The translations under genes were made by a program, and so were the position numbers. This document shows positions 50,136-60,953 of a stretch of DNA of 64,000 bases, piece after piece. The stretch covers positions 64,001 through 128,000 of the forward strand of contig DAIDBH010000011.1 of the NCBI GenBank assembly GCA_027310185.1. Reading direction: 5' to 3'. The notes beneath the pieces are model-generated. The model was not told the origin of the DNA. It did not search any database and saw only the letters and a program-made list of their open reading frames with translations. The stretch's first letter is position 1. The number at the start of each line of letters is the position of its first letter. The DNA is from Thermoplasmatales archaeon (lineage in GTDB: Archaea > Thermoplasmatota > Thermoplasmata > Thermoplasmatales > Thermoplasmataceae).

Positions 50136-51791
50136 TTATTTATGCAGATACAACGCATAGCTTTCTGAGGTCTTGTTCACGAATGCGTATCTCTCAAACT
50201 GGATTATTCCGGTTGCCTTCACTGCATCTGATTCTATAAAGCCGCTGTCAGTTGTACCGTCCGGCCTGTACACTTCGAATTCCGGGGAATCTTCCTTCAC
50301 CCAGTGGATGATCTTTCTTTTTGTCTTATTTTCTGAATCCAGATAATGCCATTTCCCATTCCTGTAAATTATATTATACAGATCTTTCAGTCTGAGTATA
50401 TCGTTTTCTTTTGCGTCATTGATATCAGATTTTTGCAAATAGAGGGCCTGGTCTTTATTGAGAGTATATTTCCTGAAACCTCTTTCCGATTCTTTAGGAT
50501 AGAGAGGTATCAAGGATTCTATTTCAGGTGAATCCATGATCTGAACTTTCACTGGATCAGAGACAAAGAAATAACGATTGGCAGAATGGTCTATGAATTG
50601 CCTGTTCATCGAATTGAATATCTCCCACGAGAAATCAGAATTAACGTCATTCAGTCCTGAGTCTATCCAGTACTTTCTAAAAGTTTCCTTCTGGTAGCCT
50701 CTCCTTCTCAGCGCGAGGAGAGTCGCAAGTCTCACATCGTCCCATCCCCTGTATTCTCCCGCATCAATACCTTTCCTCATTGCTGTCGTACTGAGTATGG
50801 CATCTTGTATATTGATAAGTCCATAATGGAAATACTCCGGTATATCCCACTTGAAATAATTGAATATATATTTCTGTCTCTCCGTATTGTTCAGGTGATC
50901 CATTCCTCTTATCACGTGGGTCAGTCCAAGTTCATGATCATCCACCGCAACGCTGAAATTCATCAGGGGATAGAATCTATATTTCTTTCCAGTATGGGGA
51001 TGTGGCGTTTCTATGACCCTGAATGCTATCCAGTCTCTAACTGCAGGATTTGGATGCTTCAGATCAGTTTTTATGACAAGAACCGGTTTTACATCCTTAT
51101 CCTCTCCAGATATGATCCGGTCAAACTGTTCAACCATCAGATCAGGGGAAAGATTCCTGTGCGGGCAGGCTCTTGATTCCATCAGATCTCTCTTGAAATC
51201 TTCTACCCTGCACTTACATATGTAGGCTTTTCCCATCCGTATTAATTCTCTAGCCCTTGTATAATAAAGTTCCATCCTTTCTGACTGGATGACAAACTGT
51301 GTGAAGTTCACTTCCAGCCACCTGGTATCTTCCTGGATCATGTCGTAAGCCTTAGGATATATATTATTCGGGTTCGTATCTTCTATCCTGAGAATGAGTT
51401 CTCCGCCATATCTTTTCACATATTCATCATTAAGAATCAGCATCCTGCTGTGGCCAAGGTGAAGTGGTCCAGAAGGCGATGGTGCCATCCTCATTACAAC
51501 CTTTCCCCTAACATTTTTAAGATCAGGCAGGTGATGCTCCTCATTCTTTTTCTCAACGATGAGAATCTCACTGTATTTCTCCTTTGCAAGTGAAATCTGC
51601 TGGTCTATGCTTAGGGAATTTATTCTTGAAATAGTCTGGTTGATCTCAGACATCAGGTCCTTGATTGACGACCTGAGCTCAGGAAATGAACCGAGTAACT
51701 TATTAACAACACTTTTTAGTTCTGCCCTGCCATCGTGTTCGATGGCGTTCTTCAGGACATTCTTCTCAATATCCGTATTCAGTGAATTCAC
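50136..51791 (-). CDS. gltX: Glutamate--tRNA ligase (archaeal type)
   Basis: RMAPSPSGPLHLGH, RIEDTNP, THVIRG.DH, QFER; N-terminal NA..H.G.A extension. Confidence 0.97.
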   Translation of the reverse strand: MNSLNTDIEKNVLKNAIEHDGRAELKSVVNKLLGSFPELRSSIKDLMSEINQTISRINSLSIDQQISLAKEKYSEILIVEKKNEEHHLPDLKNVRGKVVMRMAPSPSGPLHLGHSRMLILNDEYVKRYGGELILRIEDTNPNNIYPKAYDMIQEDTRWLEVNFTQFVIQSERMELYYTRARELIRMGKAYICKCRVEDFKRDLMESRACPHRNLSPDLMVEQFDRIISGEDKDVKPVLVIKTDLKHPNPAVRDWIAFRVIETPHPHTGKKYRFYPLMNFSVAVDDHELGLTHVIRGMDHLNNTERQKYIFNYFKWDIPEYFHYGLINIQDAILSTTAMRKGIDAGEYRGWDDVRLATLLALRRRGYQKETFRKYWIDSGLNDVNSDFSWEIFNSMNRQFIDHSANRYFFVSDPVKVQIMDSPEIESLIPLYPKESERGFRKYTLNKDQALYLQKSDINDAKENDILRLKDLYNIIYRNGKWHYLDSENKTKRKIIHWVKEDSPEFEVYRPDGTTDSGFIESDAVKATGIIQFERYAFVNKTSESYALYLHK

Positions 51792-52731
51792 CAGACTCCT
51801 TAATAATAAAGTCCTTTAATTCTTTTATCCCGGTTTTGTTGATATTGGATATTGCAATTTCTTCCTTTCTCTCACTTATATCTATCTTTGTCTGTACCCT
51901 GACTATCTTCTTTGGGAAATTTGCCCTTATATCATTGTACAGCTTCTCCTGCTGCTCCACTGTATATCCAGAAAATCCTGAATAGTCAATGAGAAACAGG
52001 ATAACACCTCTTATATCCTTAAGACTAAGTATGGATCTTCTTTCCAGCTCATTTCTTTCGTCCATTGGCCTGTCCAGCAAGCCAGGTGTATCAACAATCT
52101 GGATCTTCCTGGTTCCCGTATTCAGGTGACCGATGAACACATTCAGTGTGGTGAATGGATATGGTGCAATCTGAACATCATTGTTGGTAAGTGAATTCAA
52201 GAGGGAGCTTTTCCCAACATTAGGCATTCCTGCTATGACAAATGATGGCTTCTCTGGATCTATCTCTGGAAGTTTTCTGAGGAAATCCCTGCATTCGCCC
52301 AGCAATCTGAGGTCCTTGTCAACATGTTCAAGAACCGAGCAGAACCGCCCATAGAACTTCTTTCTTACGTTTACCATTTCATGTGCCGTTCTTGCCCTCT
52401 TCAAATCGTGTATGGAATCTGTGGCAAGTTCCACGATTTTTTCCCCGGCCCACTGTACATTATTCAGTGATCTCTTGTAGTTATCAATCCCAAATTTTAA
52501 CTGGAGAAAATCCTCATAGAAGGGATGAAGTTTTTCTGATGTTGGAAATTTCTTAACGATCCTCTTTAGATATATGGCAGAAACGCTCTCTGCTGTTGCA
52601 ATCCTGTCTATATTCTCCTTCCGTACCTTATTTTCAAATATCTTGTCGTAAGGTTCATCTATTTTTGACGCTTTCTTCAGGCTCTTATCTATAAGTTCGT
52701 CTGACCTGAGTATGGTTGGTATTGGTCTCAT
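51766..52731 (-). CDS. NOG1-family GTP-binding protein
   Basis: GMPNVGKSS, YPFTT, DTPGLLDRP..ERN..E, TKID. Confidence 0.92.
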   Translation of the reverse strand: MRPIPTILRSDELIDKSLKKASKIDEPYDKIFENKVRKENIDRIATAESVSAIYLKRIVKKFPTSEKLHPFYEDFLQLKFGIDNYKRSLNNVQWAGEKIVELATDSIHDLKRARTAHEMVNVRKKFYGRFCSVLEHVDKDLRLLGECRDFLRKLPEIDPEKPSFVIAGMPNVGKSSLLNSLTNNDVQIAPYPFTTLNVFIGHLNTGTRKIQIVDTPGLLDRPMDERNELERRSILSLKDIRGVILFLIDYSGFSGYTVEQQEKLYNDIRANFPKKIVRVQTKIDISERKEEIAISNINKTGIKELKDFIIKESGEFTEYGY

Positions 52732-52735
52732 TACT

Positions 52736-52915
52736 TCACTTTTCCTGAATTGCCTTATTTATTTTTTCTTCCCACTCAGGGGTTATATCAAATTGATTGT
52801 GTGCATATCTGTTATGTATTCTTATTTTGTTCCACAGATCCTTGTGTGTTGGTTCATCTATATGATAGCTGCAATCAAATCCCACGTCCTTACAAGCATA
52901 ATAAAATCTTGACAT
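52736..52915 (-). CDS. DUF1059 small metal-binding protein
   Basis: CKDVGFDC......H....H...I..AI pattern; start at MSRFYY. Confidence 0.85.
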   Translation of the reverse strand: MSRFYYACKDVGFDCSYHIDEPTHKDLWNKIRIHNRYAHNQFDITPEWEEKINKAIQEK

Positions 52916-52987
52916 AGGATGGACATTGTATACGTGCATAAAAAATTATCATTCTCAATACTTATAGTTATTTGTGAAACCATGCAG

Positions 52988-53722
52988 TCAAATAAAGAAA
53001 ATTGGAATTGTGGACAGGAGGAGTGCAAACATTCTTCCAATCTCTCCAGAAGCTCCAACTATATCTCCATTTACTCCTCTGAAAATCCTGTAGAGGTAGA
53101 GCCTGAGTATGATTGCAATTACTATGACTGCAATCAAAACAAAGATGTACCCAGGGAATAGTATCAATGATAATATAAAAGGGATTCCAAAGGAAGTAAC
53201 AAGGAATGTCCATCTCGATGAGATAACTGAAAAGAATTTACCATAGCCATCTCCTATTGGTTTATTCCTGAAGAATATCAGTGACATGAAAATAATGTCC
53301 ACGAGCTGGGAAAAAAGTATCAGGTATGGAATTCTGGTTGCGGAAACAGAAAGCAGGGCAGAAACACTTATGCCATAAACAACAAATAACATGAATAGGC
53401 CACCGGCTCCTACAGCAGGGTCCTTCATCACCCTGAGCCTGGCTTCCGTCTCCCCTCTTTTCATCAATCCATCTCCAAGGTCAAGGAGAGAGTCTAAATT
53501 TTGTGCACCATGAATGATACCTATTATGCTGAGGGCCAAAATTGTGAGAATGAATTTTGAAACATAATTTTCAACTGCATAAAGAATAATAAAGGAAATT
53601 AGGCCTGATATAAGGTACGGTAGCCAGAGAAAATAAAGGGCTTCAGGAATAAATTCTGCGTTTCCAGCAGGTATGACTGTAAAGAAAGAAATTGATGCCC
53701 TTGCATATCTTGATACTTTCAA
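52988..53722 (-). CDS. cobS: Adenosylcobinamide-GDP ribazoletransferase (cobalamin synthase)
   Basis: FFTVIP, G..N.DSL.D.GDG, MKDPAVGAGG, GVNGD..GA..E. Confidence 0.92.
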   Translation of the reverse strand: MKVSRYARASISFFTVIPAGNAEFIPEALYFLWLPYLISGLISFIILYAVENYVSKFILTILALSIIGIIHGAQNLDSLLDLGDGLMKRGETEARLRVMKDPAVGAGGLFMLFVVYGISVSALLSVSATRIPYLILFSQLVDIIFMSLIFFRNKPIGDGYGKFFSVISSRWTFLVTSFGIPFILSLILFPGYIFVLIAVIVIAIILRLYLYRIFRGVNGDIVGASGEIGRMFALLLSTIPIFFI

Positions 53723-53770
53723 CCAGACAATATACTTAATTGATATAAATATGAAATCAATTACACTAAA

Positions 53771-54820
53771 ATGAAATTAAGTTCAGATGATAGTTTTACC
53801 CACGGTGACACATACCTAAAAGTAAGAGATAAATACCCGGAAATAAGGGATTTCTCAGCCAATATTAACCATAAAAGTCCTGAATATGTCAACGGAAAGA
53901 AGACAGAAGTGCTGAGGCACTATCCTGCTGGGGAAGAAAAGATAGAAGTAGTGATAGGGAGGCTAGTTACTACTGATCCTGGAAAAATAATTGCAACTTA
54001 TGGCATGACCTCCCTTATAAATTATGTCTATCAACTGCATTCTGGAAAGAATGTTCTGCTTATAGAGCCAATTTTTTCAGAGCACAGGAGGGCTGCAGAA
54101 GCAAGCAGTTGTAAGATAACAAGATTGAGCATGGCTGCATTGACAAAAAACATGGAAATACTCAAAAATTTCAATTATGATCTGATTTCATTGAATATAC
54201 CGGTCAATCCAACAGGGGAAATGCTCAGCCATAAGGAAATCGAAACAATAATTAGAATTTCAATGAAGAAGGATGCAACCGTATTCATGGATCAGGCATA
54301 TATTGATTTTCTAACCACAAGGCGACAGATGGAGTTAAAGAAGGCTACAGAACAATATCCGGGCGTTATTATAGGTAGGTCTCTGACAAAAGTGAGTGGA
54401 TTGCCGGGAATTAGACTTGGATTCGGTATATGTTCTTCTGGAACTGTAAGAATGCTGAGAAAGATCAGGGGACCATGGACTATTCCTGAGGAGTATACGA
54501 CTATACTGAAAAAATGGTCGGAGTACCAGCCCGACACCAATATGTTGCTAAGGGAAAGAGAAAATATCACGAAAGAACTAAAAAAGATGAAATTAACAGT
54601 ATTGGGGAAGTCAGAGGTCAACTTTCTATCATTCAGACTGAATGAACAAATAGATCCACTGGACTTCGAAAGAAAACTCATGGAGAAAGGATTCTTGATA
54701 AGGAATCTTAGCGATTTCTACGGATTTACAGCAAATGATTTCAGGATAAATATAAGAAGTCAGGAAGAGAACACGGAACTAATTGAGGCAATAAGGGCGA
54801 TAATAAATGAGCGAAGGTAA
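53771..54820 (+). CDS. cobD: Threonine-phosphate decarboxylase (class I/II PLP enzyme)
   Basis: HG...DFSANIN, P.NPTG, DQAYIDF, RSLTK..GLPGIRLG; cobalamin gene context. Confidence 0.8.
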   Translation: MKLSSDDSFTHGDTYLKVRDKYPEIRDFSANINHKSPEYVNGKKTEVLRHYPAGEEKIEVVIGRLVTTDPGKIIATYGMTSLINYVYQLHSGKNVLLIEPIFSEHRRAAEASSCKITRLSMAALTKNMEILKNFNYDLISLNIPVNPTGEMLSHKEIETIIRISMKKDATVFMDQAYIDFLTTRRQMELKKATEQYPGVIIGRSLTKVSGLPGIRLGFGICSSGTVRMLRKIRGPWTIPEEYTTILKKWSEYQPDTNMLLRERENITKELKKMKLTVLGKSEVNFLSFRLNEQIDPLDFERKLMEKGFLIRNLSDFYGFTANDFRINIRSQEENTELIEAIRAIINERR

Positions 54821-56234
54821 GCTAATACACATAATGGGGACATCTTCAAATGCTGGAAAGAGTACAATCACAATGGGAATCTGCAGAATTCTCAGTGATA
54901 TGGGATATAGCGTATCTCCATTCAAGGCCATGAACATGTCGCTGAATTCCATATCCACTCCTGATGGTTATGAGATATCAAGATCACAATGGTTGCAGGC
55001 TAAAGCTTCCAGGACAGTACCTGACTGGAAGATCAACCCAATCCTGCTTAAACCTGAAGGGTCCGGTAAGTCCCAGGTCATATTCATGGGAAAGTCCATC
55101 GGAAGTCGAACCATCGAGGATTATGGAAAGCTACTGCGAGATGAAGCAAGGTCAGCAGTAAGGGAAGCCATGAAATCTCTTCTTGACAGGTATGATGTGG
55201 TTGTTGCGGAAGGTTCAGGATCAGCGGCAGAGATAAATCTTTATGACAGGGACCTTGCAAATACATGGTTGACCAGTGAATTCAAGGGAACTGGGATACT
55301 TGTCACAAACATTGAAAATGGTGGCGCATTCTCATCACTTTACGGCACAAAGTCACTTGCACAGTTCCCGGAGGTTCTGAAGTATTTCATAATAAACAAT
55401 ATGAGGGGCAGCACTGAATTGCTCAGGTATGGCATTGAGAAGATAAGTTCCATGACAGGCATGTTAAGTATGGGGGTAATCCCACATATGGAAAACAGCA
55501 AATTGCCTGGTGAGGATTCGCTGGATTACAGTAATATTAATGGAACAAAGGTAGGCATCATCAGATATCCCTATTTTGAGAACTACAGTGACATTGATCC
55601 ACTCATACAGATGGGCCTGGGAAAATACATAACCAGTCCAGAACAGCTGGAAACTGTTGATTCTATACTGCTTCCAGGCTCAAAGAATGTCTATGAAGAC
55701 CTGGATTTTATAATTAAGACAGGACTGGGGAAGAAGATCACGGAATTCCATGAAAAGGGATTGAAGATAATAGGAATCTGCGGAGGATACCAGATCCTGT
55801 CAAGGTCTATAAAAGATCCTGGCAATGTTCAGCTACCTGTAAGCGAGATCAAAGGGTTAGGTCTACTGGATACTGATTTTATCTATAATTCAAAAAAGGA
55901 AATATCTGAAGTGAAATATGAAGGCTCATTAGGAAACCTACCCATAACAGGTACAGCTTATTTCATTCATTACGGGAGGGAGCAGAGGAAAAATGACGAA
56001 AAATTTGTCAACACCGGCAGGGGCCCGGAAGGATCTATAAGCAGTGATGGTAAAATAATAGGAACAAACCTTCATGGGATCCTTGAAAATTCCAACATTT
56101 TTCATTGGTTTACAGGTTTGCAAAGGAGCAGGAGCTATGAGGAGACACTGGAAGATAACATCCAATCATTCTCAAGGAATCTATCCGTAAATTTAAAAAG
56201 AGAACTGCTAATGCAGATCGTAAATGGAACCTGA
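54807..56234 (+). CDS. cbiP: Cobyric acid synthase
   Basis: GTSSNAGKS, PFKA.NMSLN, NPILLKP, EGSGS.AEINL, LPGSK, GICGGYQIL. Confidence 0.95.
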   Translation: MSEGKLIHIMGTSSNAGKSTITMGICRILSDMGYSVSPFKAMNMSLNSISTPDGYEISRSQWLQAKASRTVPDWKINPILLKPEGSGKSQVIFMGKSIGSRTIEDYGKLLRDEARSAVREAMKSLLDRYDVVVAEGSGSAAEINLYDRDLANTWLTSEFKGTGILVTNIENGGAFSSLYGTKSLAQFPEVLKYFIINNMRGSTELLRYGIEKISSMTGMLSMGVIPHMENSKLPGEDSLDYSNINGTKVGIIRYPYFENYSDIDPLIQMGLGKYITSPEQLETVDSILLPGSKNVYEDLDFIIKTGLGKKITEFHEKGLKIIGICGGYQILSRSIKDPGNVQLPVSEIKGLGLLDTDFIYNSKKEISEVKYEGSLGNLPITGTAYFIHYGREQRKNDEKFVNTGRGPEGSISSDGKIIGTNLHGILENSNIFHWFTGLQRSRSYEETLEDNIQSFSRNLSVNLKRELLMQIVNGT

Positions 56235-57213
56235 ACTCCTTTCAATCATCATTTCAACTCTCTTCCTTGCCCTGGTAATAGACATAATATTCGGGGAACC
56301 CAGGGGTTTCCTGCATATAGCAGTAATCTCAGGAAGATTGTCGATGTTCATTGGAAGAGGGATGCAGAAATCCAGGAAACCGGTGAGAGCTGGATGGATT
56401 ACAGTATTCATGACAATCATACCAATCACCATATTCTTCGGGTTTATTTTCGATTTCCTCTATAGTCTGCCGCTCATATACATATTTTTCCTGATATTCT
56501 ATGCAATTATTGAAAAGTCTACATTTGCGTTCACGTCAATGGGTGCTCATATAAATCCAATTATAAAGAGCCTCGAGAAAGGAGATATGGAAAGTGCAAG
56601 AGTCCTTACTTCCAGGTGTGTCAGAAGGGATGTTTCACAACTAACTCAACCCCTGCTCATATCTGCAGCAATTGAAACAGTTTCTGAGGGTATAACTGAT
56701 TCTTTCACAGGCAGCTTACTGTATTTCTCCATATTCGGCGTTCTTGGTGCAATAGTCTACAGGATCGTGAACACCCTGGATTCAACATTTGGATACAGGG
56801 ATAGAAAATACCTGAAATTTGGAAGGGCTTCTGCTGCTATGGACACAATTGTCAACTACATTCCTGCCAGGATTTCATCGGCACTCATATCCATTTCTGC
56901 CTATATGCTTAATTACAGTAATAGAAGAACAAGACTCTCAACTCTCCTGAACAGTGTTCCGAGCAGGAACGCTGCATATTCAATGGGCACAATGGCTACT
57001 GTTCTAAATCTGCGACTGGAAAAGAAGGGAAGTTATGTGATCAACAGAAAGGGGTTTGAGCCCACCCTTAGTGATCTGAAGAAAGCACTGAGGATATTCT
57101 ATTTCTCCTTTGTTCTCATGGTAATTTTCGTTACAATCCCACTGGTCATAATTTTTTCATACATCCTCTATCCACACATATTCTTTTTATTTCCCATTAA
57201 AATAGTGGTATGA
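56224..57213 (+). CDS. cbiB: Adenosylcobinamide-phosphate synthase
   Basis: D..FGEP, V.RD, IE.VSE...D, YR.VNTLDS.FGY, NYIPAR. Confidence 0.92.
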   Translation: MEPELLSIIISTLFLALVIDIIFGEPRGFLHIAVISGRLSMFIGRGMQKSRKPVRAGWITVFMTIIPITIFFGFIFDFLYSLPLIYIFFLIFYAIIEKSTFAFTSMGAHINPIIKSLEKGDMESARVLTSRCVRRDVSQLTQPLLISAAIETVSEGITDSFTGSLLYFSIFGVLGAIVYRIVNTLDSTFGYRDRKYLKFGRASAAMDTIVNYIPARISSALISISAYMLNYSNRRTRLSTLLNSVPSRNAAYSMGTMATVLNLRLEKKGSYVINRKGFEPTLSDLKKALRIFYFSFVLMVIFVTIPLVIIFSYILYPHIFFLFPIKIVV

Positions 57214-57217
57214 TAAA

Positions 57218-58195
57218 ATGAATAGAAAACCCGACATTAACCTAATGCTAGCAGGAAGCACTCAAATTTCTCTCATTCCAGGTATAACATCGGCTGGAAA
57301 AACACCCGAACTAACATTTCTGACTCCGGCTCTTGATTCAGAAATACTTGTAGAAGGAGAATGCAAATCTTTGGATGTGCCTCCAATGACGCCTGACGGA
57401 TTGCCAACACCTTCACTTATATCCAAAGCATGCCTGGAGATTTCAGGAATAGAAACACTGGTTGTAGATGGGGGGATGGGAATAAAGCCTCAATGTACAT
57501 ACCTTCATACAGGATTGGAACCTGCGCGGGATGGAAGGAAGGAACCAGCATTGCCTCAGGCATCCCTTGCAGTATCAACAGGCAGATACCTGGGAAAGTT
57601 ACTGCTTAAGCATGGTCGTTCTGTAATGATCTCAGAATCAATACCAGGAGGTACAACCACTGCCCAGGCTGTTCTTTCCCTTCTTGGAATAGATATAAAA
57701 ACAAGCAGTTCATTCCAGATAAATCCATCAGGACTTAAGGATAAGGTCATAGGAGAAATGATTGACAGGCATGGAATCCAGAATGATCCATTGAAATCCA
57801 TATCAAGGGTCGGAGATTATACACAGGAAATTGCCCTTGGGGTTCTCTCGGAAAATGAGGATTCCAGGATAATTCTTTCTGGAGGGACCCAGATGGCTGC
57901 CATATATTACATTGCTTCAATGCTAAAACTCCCGATGGACAATGTTGAAGTCTGGACCACGAAGCAGATAATGACTGATTCACGAATAACAATGGAATAC
58001 CTCGTTGATCCAGATCATCTGAAATTTTCCCGCACAGATATGAGAAAATCAAGGTTTGATGGAATAAGGCGTTTTGAAGATGGATATGTAAAGGAGGGTG
58101 CAGGAATGGGTGGTTCTATGGTACTTGCCGAGATGGATGCCAATAGTGACAGAATCATAGATTTGATTGATAACATTTACAAATCCTTTATGTGA
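57218..58195 (+). CDS. cobT: Archaeal nicotinate-nucleotide phosphoribosyltransferase CobT
   Basis: IPGITSAG, TPALD.E, PTP, ESIPGGTTTA, GGTQM, VKEGAGMGG. Confidence 0.9.
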   Translation: MNRKPDINLMLAGSTQISLIPGITSAGKTPELTFLTPALDSEILVEGECKSLDVPPMTPDGLPTPSLISKACLEISGIETLVVDGGMGIKPQCTYLHTGLEPARDGRKEPALPQASLAVSTGRYLGKLLLKHGRSVMISESIPGGTTTAQAVLSLLGIDIKTSSSFQINPSGLKDKVIGEMIDRHGIQNDPLKSISRVGDYTQEIALGVLSENEDSRIILSGGTQMAAIYYIASMLKLPMDNVEVWTTKQIMTDSRITMEYLVDPDHLKFSRTDMRKSRFDGIRRFEDGYVKEGAGMGGSMVLAEMDANSDRIIDLIDNIYKSFM

Positions 58196-58308
58196 TCCTG
58201 CGTTGAAGACTGAATTTTAAAACCTACTAATCGATTCTTATATATGTGACATAAAGTAAACGCGAAAAGTATGGAAAAAATATTAAGCAAGGATCAATAA
58301 AGGTAATA

Positions 58309-58612
58309 GCCGGACTAGGTTGGGAAGCCAGGCTCTTCCTGTTACCCGAAGCCTATATGCGGGAACGACAGTCCAGAGAGGCCAACCTGGCCTCTGTTAA
58401 GCCTTGAGGAATCTATGAGATTTCGGCCCAGCGGATCGGAGGATTACAGAAGGCAATTCAAAGGAAATGCTTTCCGTAACTTATTCACCAATCCCGCCAG
58501 GTCCGGAAGGGAGCAACGGTAGGTGGAACTTTTGGTGCTGCTGGATACCGGGGTCGAGTGAACTCAGGGGTAAACTTAGCAGGACGTCAGGACCAATCTG
58601 GGCATGTCCGGT
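58309..58612 (+). ncRNA. ffs: Archaeal SRP (7S) RNA
   Basis: GC-rich ~300 nt, terminal pairing GCCGGAC/GTCCGGT, helix-8 motif GCCAGGTCCGGAAGGGAGCAACGGT. Confidence 0.92.
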
Positions 58613-58626
58613 ATTTGAGGTTTAAA

Positions 58627-59760
58627 ATGTTCAAGGCAATTCAGGACCCCGTATGGGGTTACACTGAAATTTCAGAAAAATTCTTGAAGATCATAGATAC
58701 ACCTGAATTTCAGAGATTGCACTGGATCAGACAGCTCGGGATGTGTTATCTTGTATATCCTGGAGCAGTTCACACGAGATTTCAGCATTCTCTGGGCACC
58801 ATGACTCTAGCGAGCCAGATCGCACAGAAACTTGAGACAAAATTTCCAGTTGAGGTTACTTTTGCAGCCCTTTTGCACGACATAGGTCATTTTCCACTCA
58901 GTCATTCATTTGAAGATTTCTTTGAGGAAAAGTTTCACGTGAACCATGAAGAAAATGGGAGAGACATCATACTGGGTAAGAAGGGTACGGGGGAAATAAG
59001 GGAATGTCTGGAGTCTAATGATGTAGATCCGGAAGTTATTACAAGGATCCTATCAGGAAAACACAGGGAATTCCAGCTGGAAAGTGGAATAGTGAGCGGT
59101 CCTCTTGATGCTGATGAAATGGATTATCTTGTAAGGGACAGTTATTTTACGGGAACTGGAAACATAGCTTTCAGCATAAAGAGAATGGTCGATATACTCA
59201 GGACAGATGGTGAAAAGATTTTCATTGAGGAGAAAGGAATAACGTCAGTAGAATCGATCCTTCTGTCAAGAAACTTGATGCATAAATCAGTCTATTTTCA
59301 TAAGACTGTCAGGATCGCGCAAAAAATGATAGAAAGTGCAATGAAATCACTGGATAAGGTCGATAGTTCCGTGATGGGAATGCACGATGATATTTTCATG
59401 AGCTATCTGAGAAACCAGGATTCCTGTTCTGAAATGATCAGGCAGATAGACAGGAGAAATTTATACAAGGTTGTATTTAGGGACCAGGCACCGGACATAA
59501 GGGACCCGGAGATTGAAAATAAGATCCTGGAAAAATACCCGGAGCTTATAGTAGACTATGTACCTCCTTATGCATATCAGGACAGAAAGAAAAGCAAGAA
59601 TGAGGTTCTGGTGAAGCAGGGAAGGAAATTCATGGAAATCAGTTCCCTTTCACCACTGCTCAATTCGCTCTATGACAGCTTCAACAGGAGGTCCATATTC
59701 ATATACGGACCACAGAATCTTGAAATAAGACCGGAAGAAATCAGGAAATTACTTGATTAA
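58627..59760 (+). CDS. HD-domain phosphohydrolase (SAMHD1/dNTPase-like)
   Basis: DPVWG, FQRL..IRQLG, HTRF.HSLG, LLHDIGH.P.SH, DAD..DYL.RD, VYFHK. Confidence 0.9.
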   Translation: MFKAIQDPVWGYTEISEKFLKIIDTPEFQRLHWIRQLGMCYLVYPGAVHTRFQHSLGTMTLASQIAQKLETKFPVEVTFAALLHDIGHFPLSHSFEDFFEEKFHVNHEENGRDIILGKKGTGEIRECLESNDVDPEVITRILSGKHREFQLESGIVSGPLDADEMDYLVRDSYFTGTGNIAFSIKRMVDILRTDGEKIFIEEKGITSVESILLSRNLMHKSVYFHKTVRIAQKMIESAMKSLDKVDSSVMGMHDDIFMSYLRNQDSCSEMIRQIDRRNLYKVVFRDQAPDIRDPEIENKILEKYPELIVDYVPPYAYQDRKKSKNEVLVKQGRKFMEISSLSPLLNSLYDSFNRRSIFIYGPQNLEIRPEEIRKLLD

Positions 59761-60204
59761 TCGTTTCTCCATCCTGAATGCATTCCTGCTGCCATCCAGT
59801 TTTTCACTGTAATAATTCTTCAGGAATTCTGTCTTTCTAAATCCAAGTTTTTCGTAAAGGCCGATGGCTTCATGGTTGAATTCCCTAACCTCAAGAACAA
59901 TCTCTTCATAACCCCTCTCTTTTGCAAGTTCTTCCACGTATTGAAACAGTCTTTTAGCAAGACCCTTTCCCCGATATTCCGGGTCAACAGCTACTGATTC
60001 AATATCTAGAGAGTTACTGGATACTGGACATGCCATCATGTATGCTATTATCCCATTGTCATCTTCGATCTTGAAAGCCATATCTTCTGATTCTGATAGT
60101 GCATATTTGAGCATATCAAGTGAATAAGGTCCCACTGTAAAGGCCCGTTCCTCGAGTCTTACCAGTCTTATCAGGTCATGTTCTGTAATCCTATCTATTT
60201 TCAT
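59749..60204 (-). CDS. RimI/Ard1-type GNAT N-acetyltransferase
   Basis: AVDPEYRGKG, LEVR..N..AI.LY.K.GF, NYY. Confidence 0.9.
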   Translation of the reverse strand: MKIDRITEHDLIRLVRLEERAFTVGPYSLDMLKYALSESEDMAFKIEDDNGIIAYMMACPVSSNSLDIESVAVDPEYRGKGLAKRLFQYVEELAKERGYEEIVLEVREFNHEAIGLYEKLGFRKTEFLKNYYSEKLDGSRNAFRMEKRLIK

Positions 60205-60265
60205 TATATCAACTCAAATCAGAGTATCTACCAAATATTTTTAATGTTTCCTTCAATATCCATTT

Positions 60266-60953
60266 ATGATCAGACAGAAGGAGTCAACATTCGATCAGGT
60301 AATTGACGATTTAAAGCATGGTTTGCCCATATTAATATTTGATGATGCTAAGAGGGAAGGTGAGACTGATCTTATTTTTGCGTCCCAGTTTGTAACATCA
60401 GACTCAATAAGAATGTTAAGAAGGGAAGCAGGTGGGCTTATATGTACAACATTGAGGAAAAGGGAGGCTGACCTGATACAGTTGCCATATCTTGAGGAGC
60501 TCTATGAAAGATTTCTACCCTATGGGAAGAAGGCCACAAATACCTCTGACATGGGTTATGACAAACATTCATCATTCACATTCACTGTAAATCACAGAAG
60601 TACCTATACAGGAATACCTGACATGGACAGGCAGGTTACAATTTCAAAACTTGTAGATTTCATTAAAAACATAGACTCAAAAAATGATATTCTTGATGAA
60701 TTTTACAGGGAATTCAGGATACCTGGTCATGTCCACCTTCTGATAGCAAGGGAAGGTTACTTCATGGAAAGAAGGGGGCATACAGAACTTGCCACCTACC
60801 TGGTAGAAAGGGCTGGACTTGTACCCAGTGCAACTCTGGCTGAGATGCTTTCAGATTCCGGCAGGGCAATGACAATGGAGGAAGCTAGAAACTTTGCAGA
60901 GGAACATAACTTAACATTTATAGAGGGAAAGGAAATCATAGAAAAGTGGACCA

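Noticed and set aside
58558-58626. N-terminal extension of the HD protein
   Set aside because: Overlaps the SRP RNA 3' end; the ATG at 58627 has an SD and matches the family start
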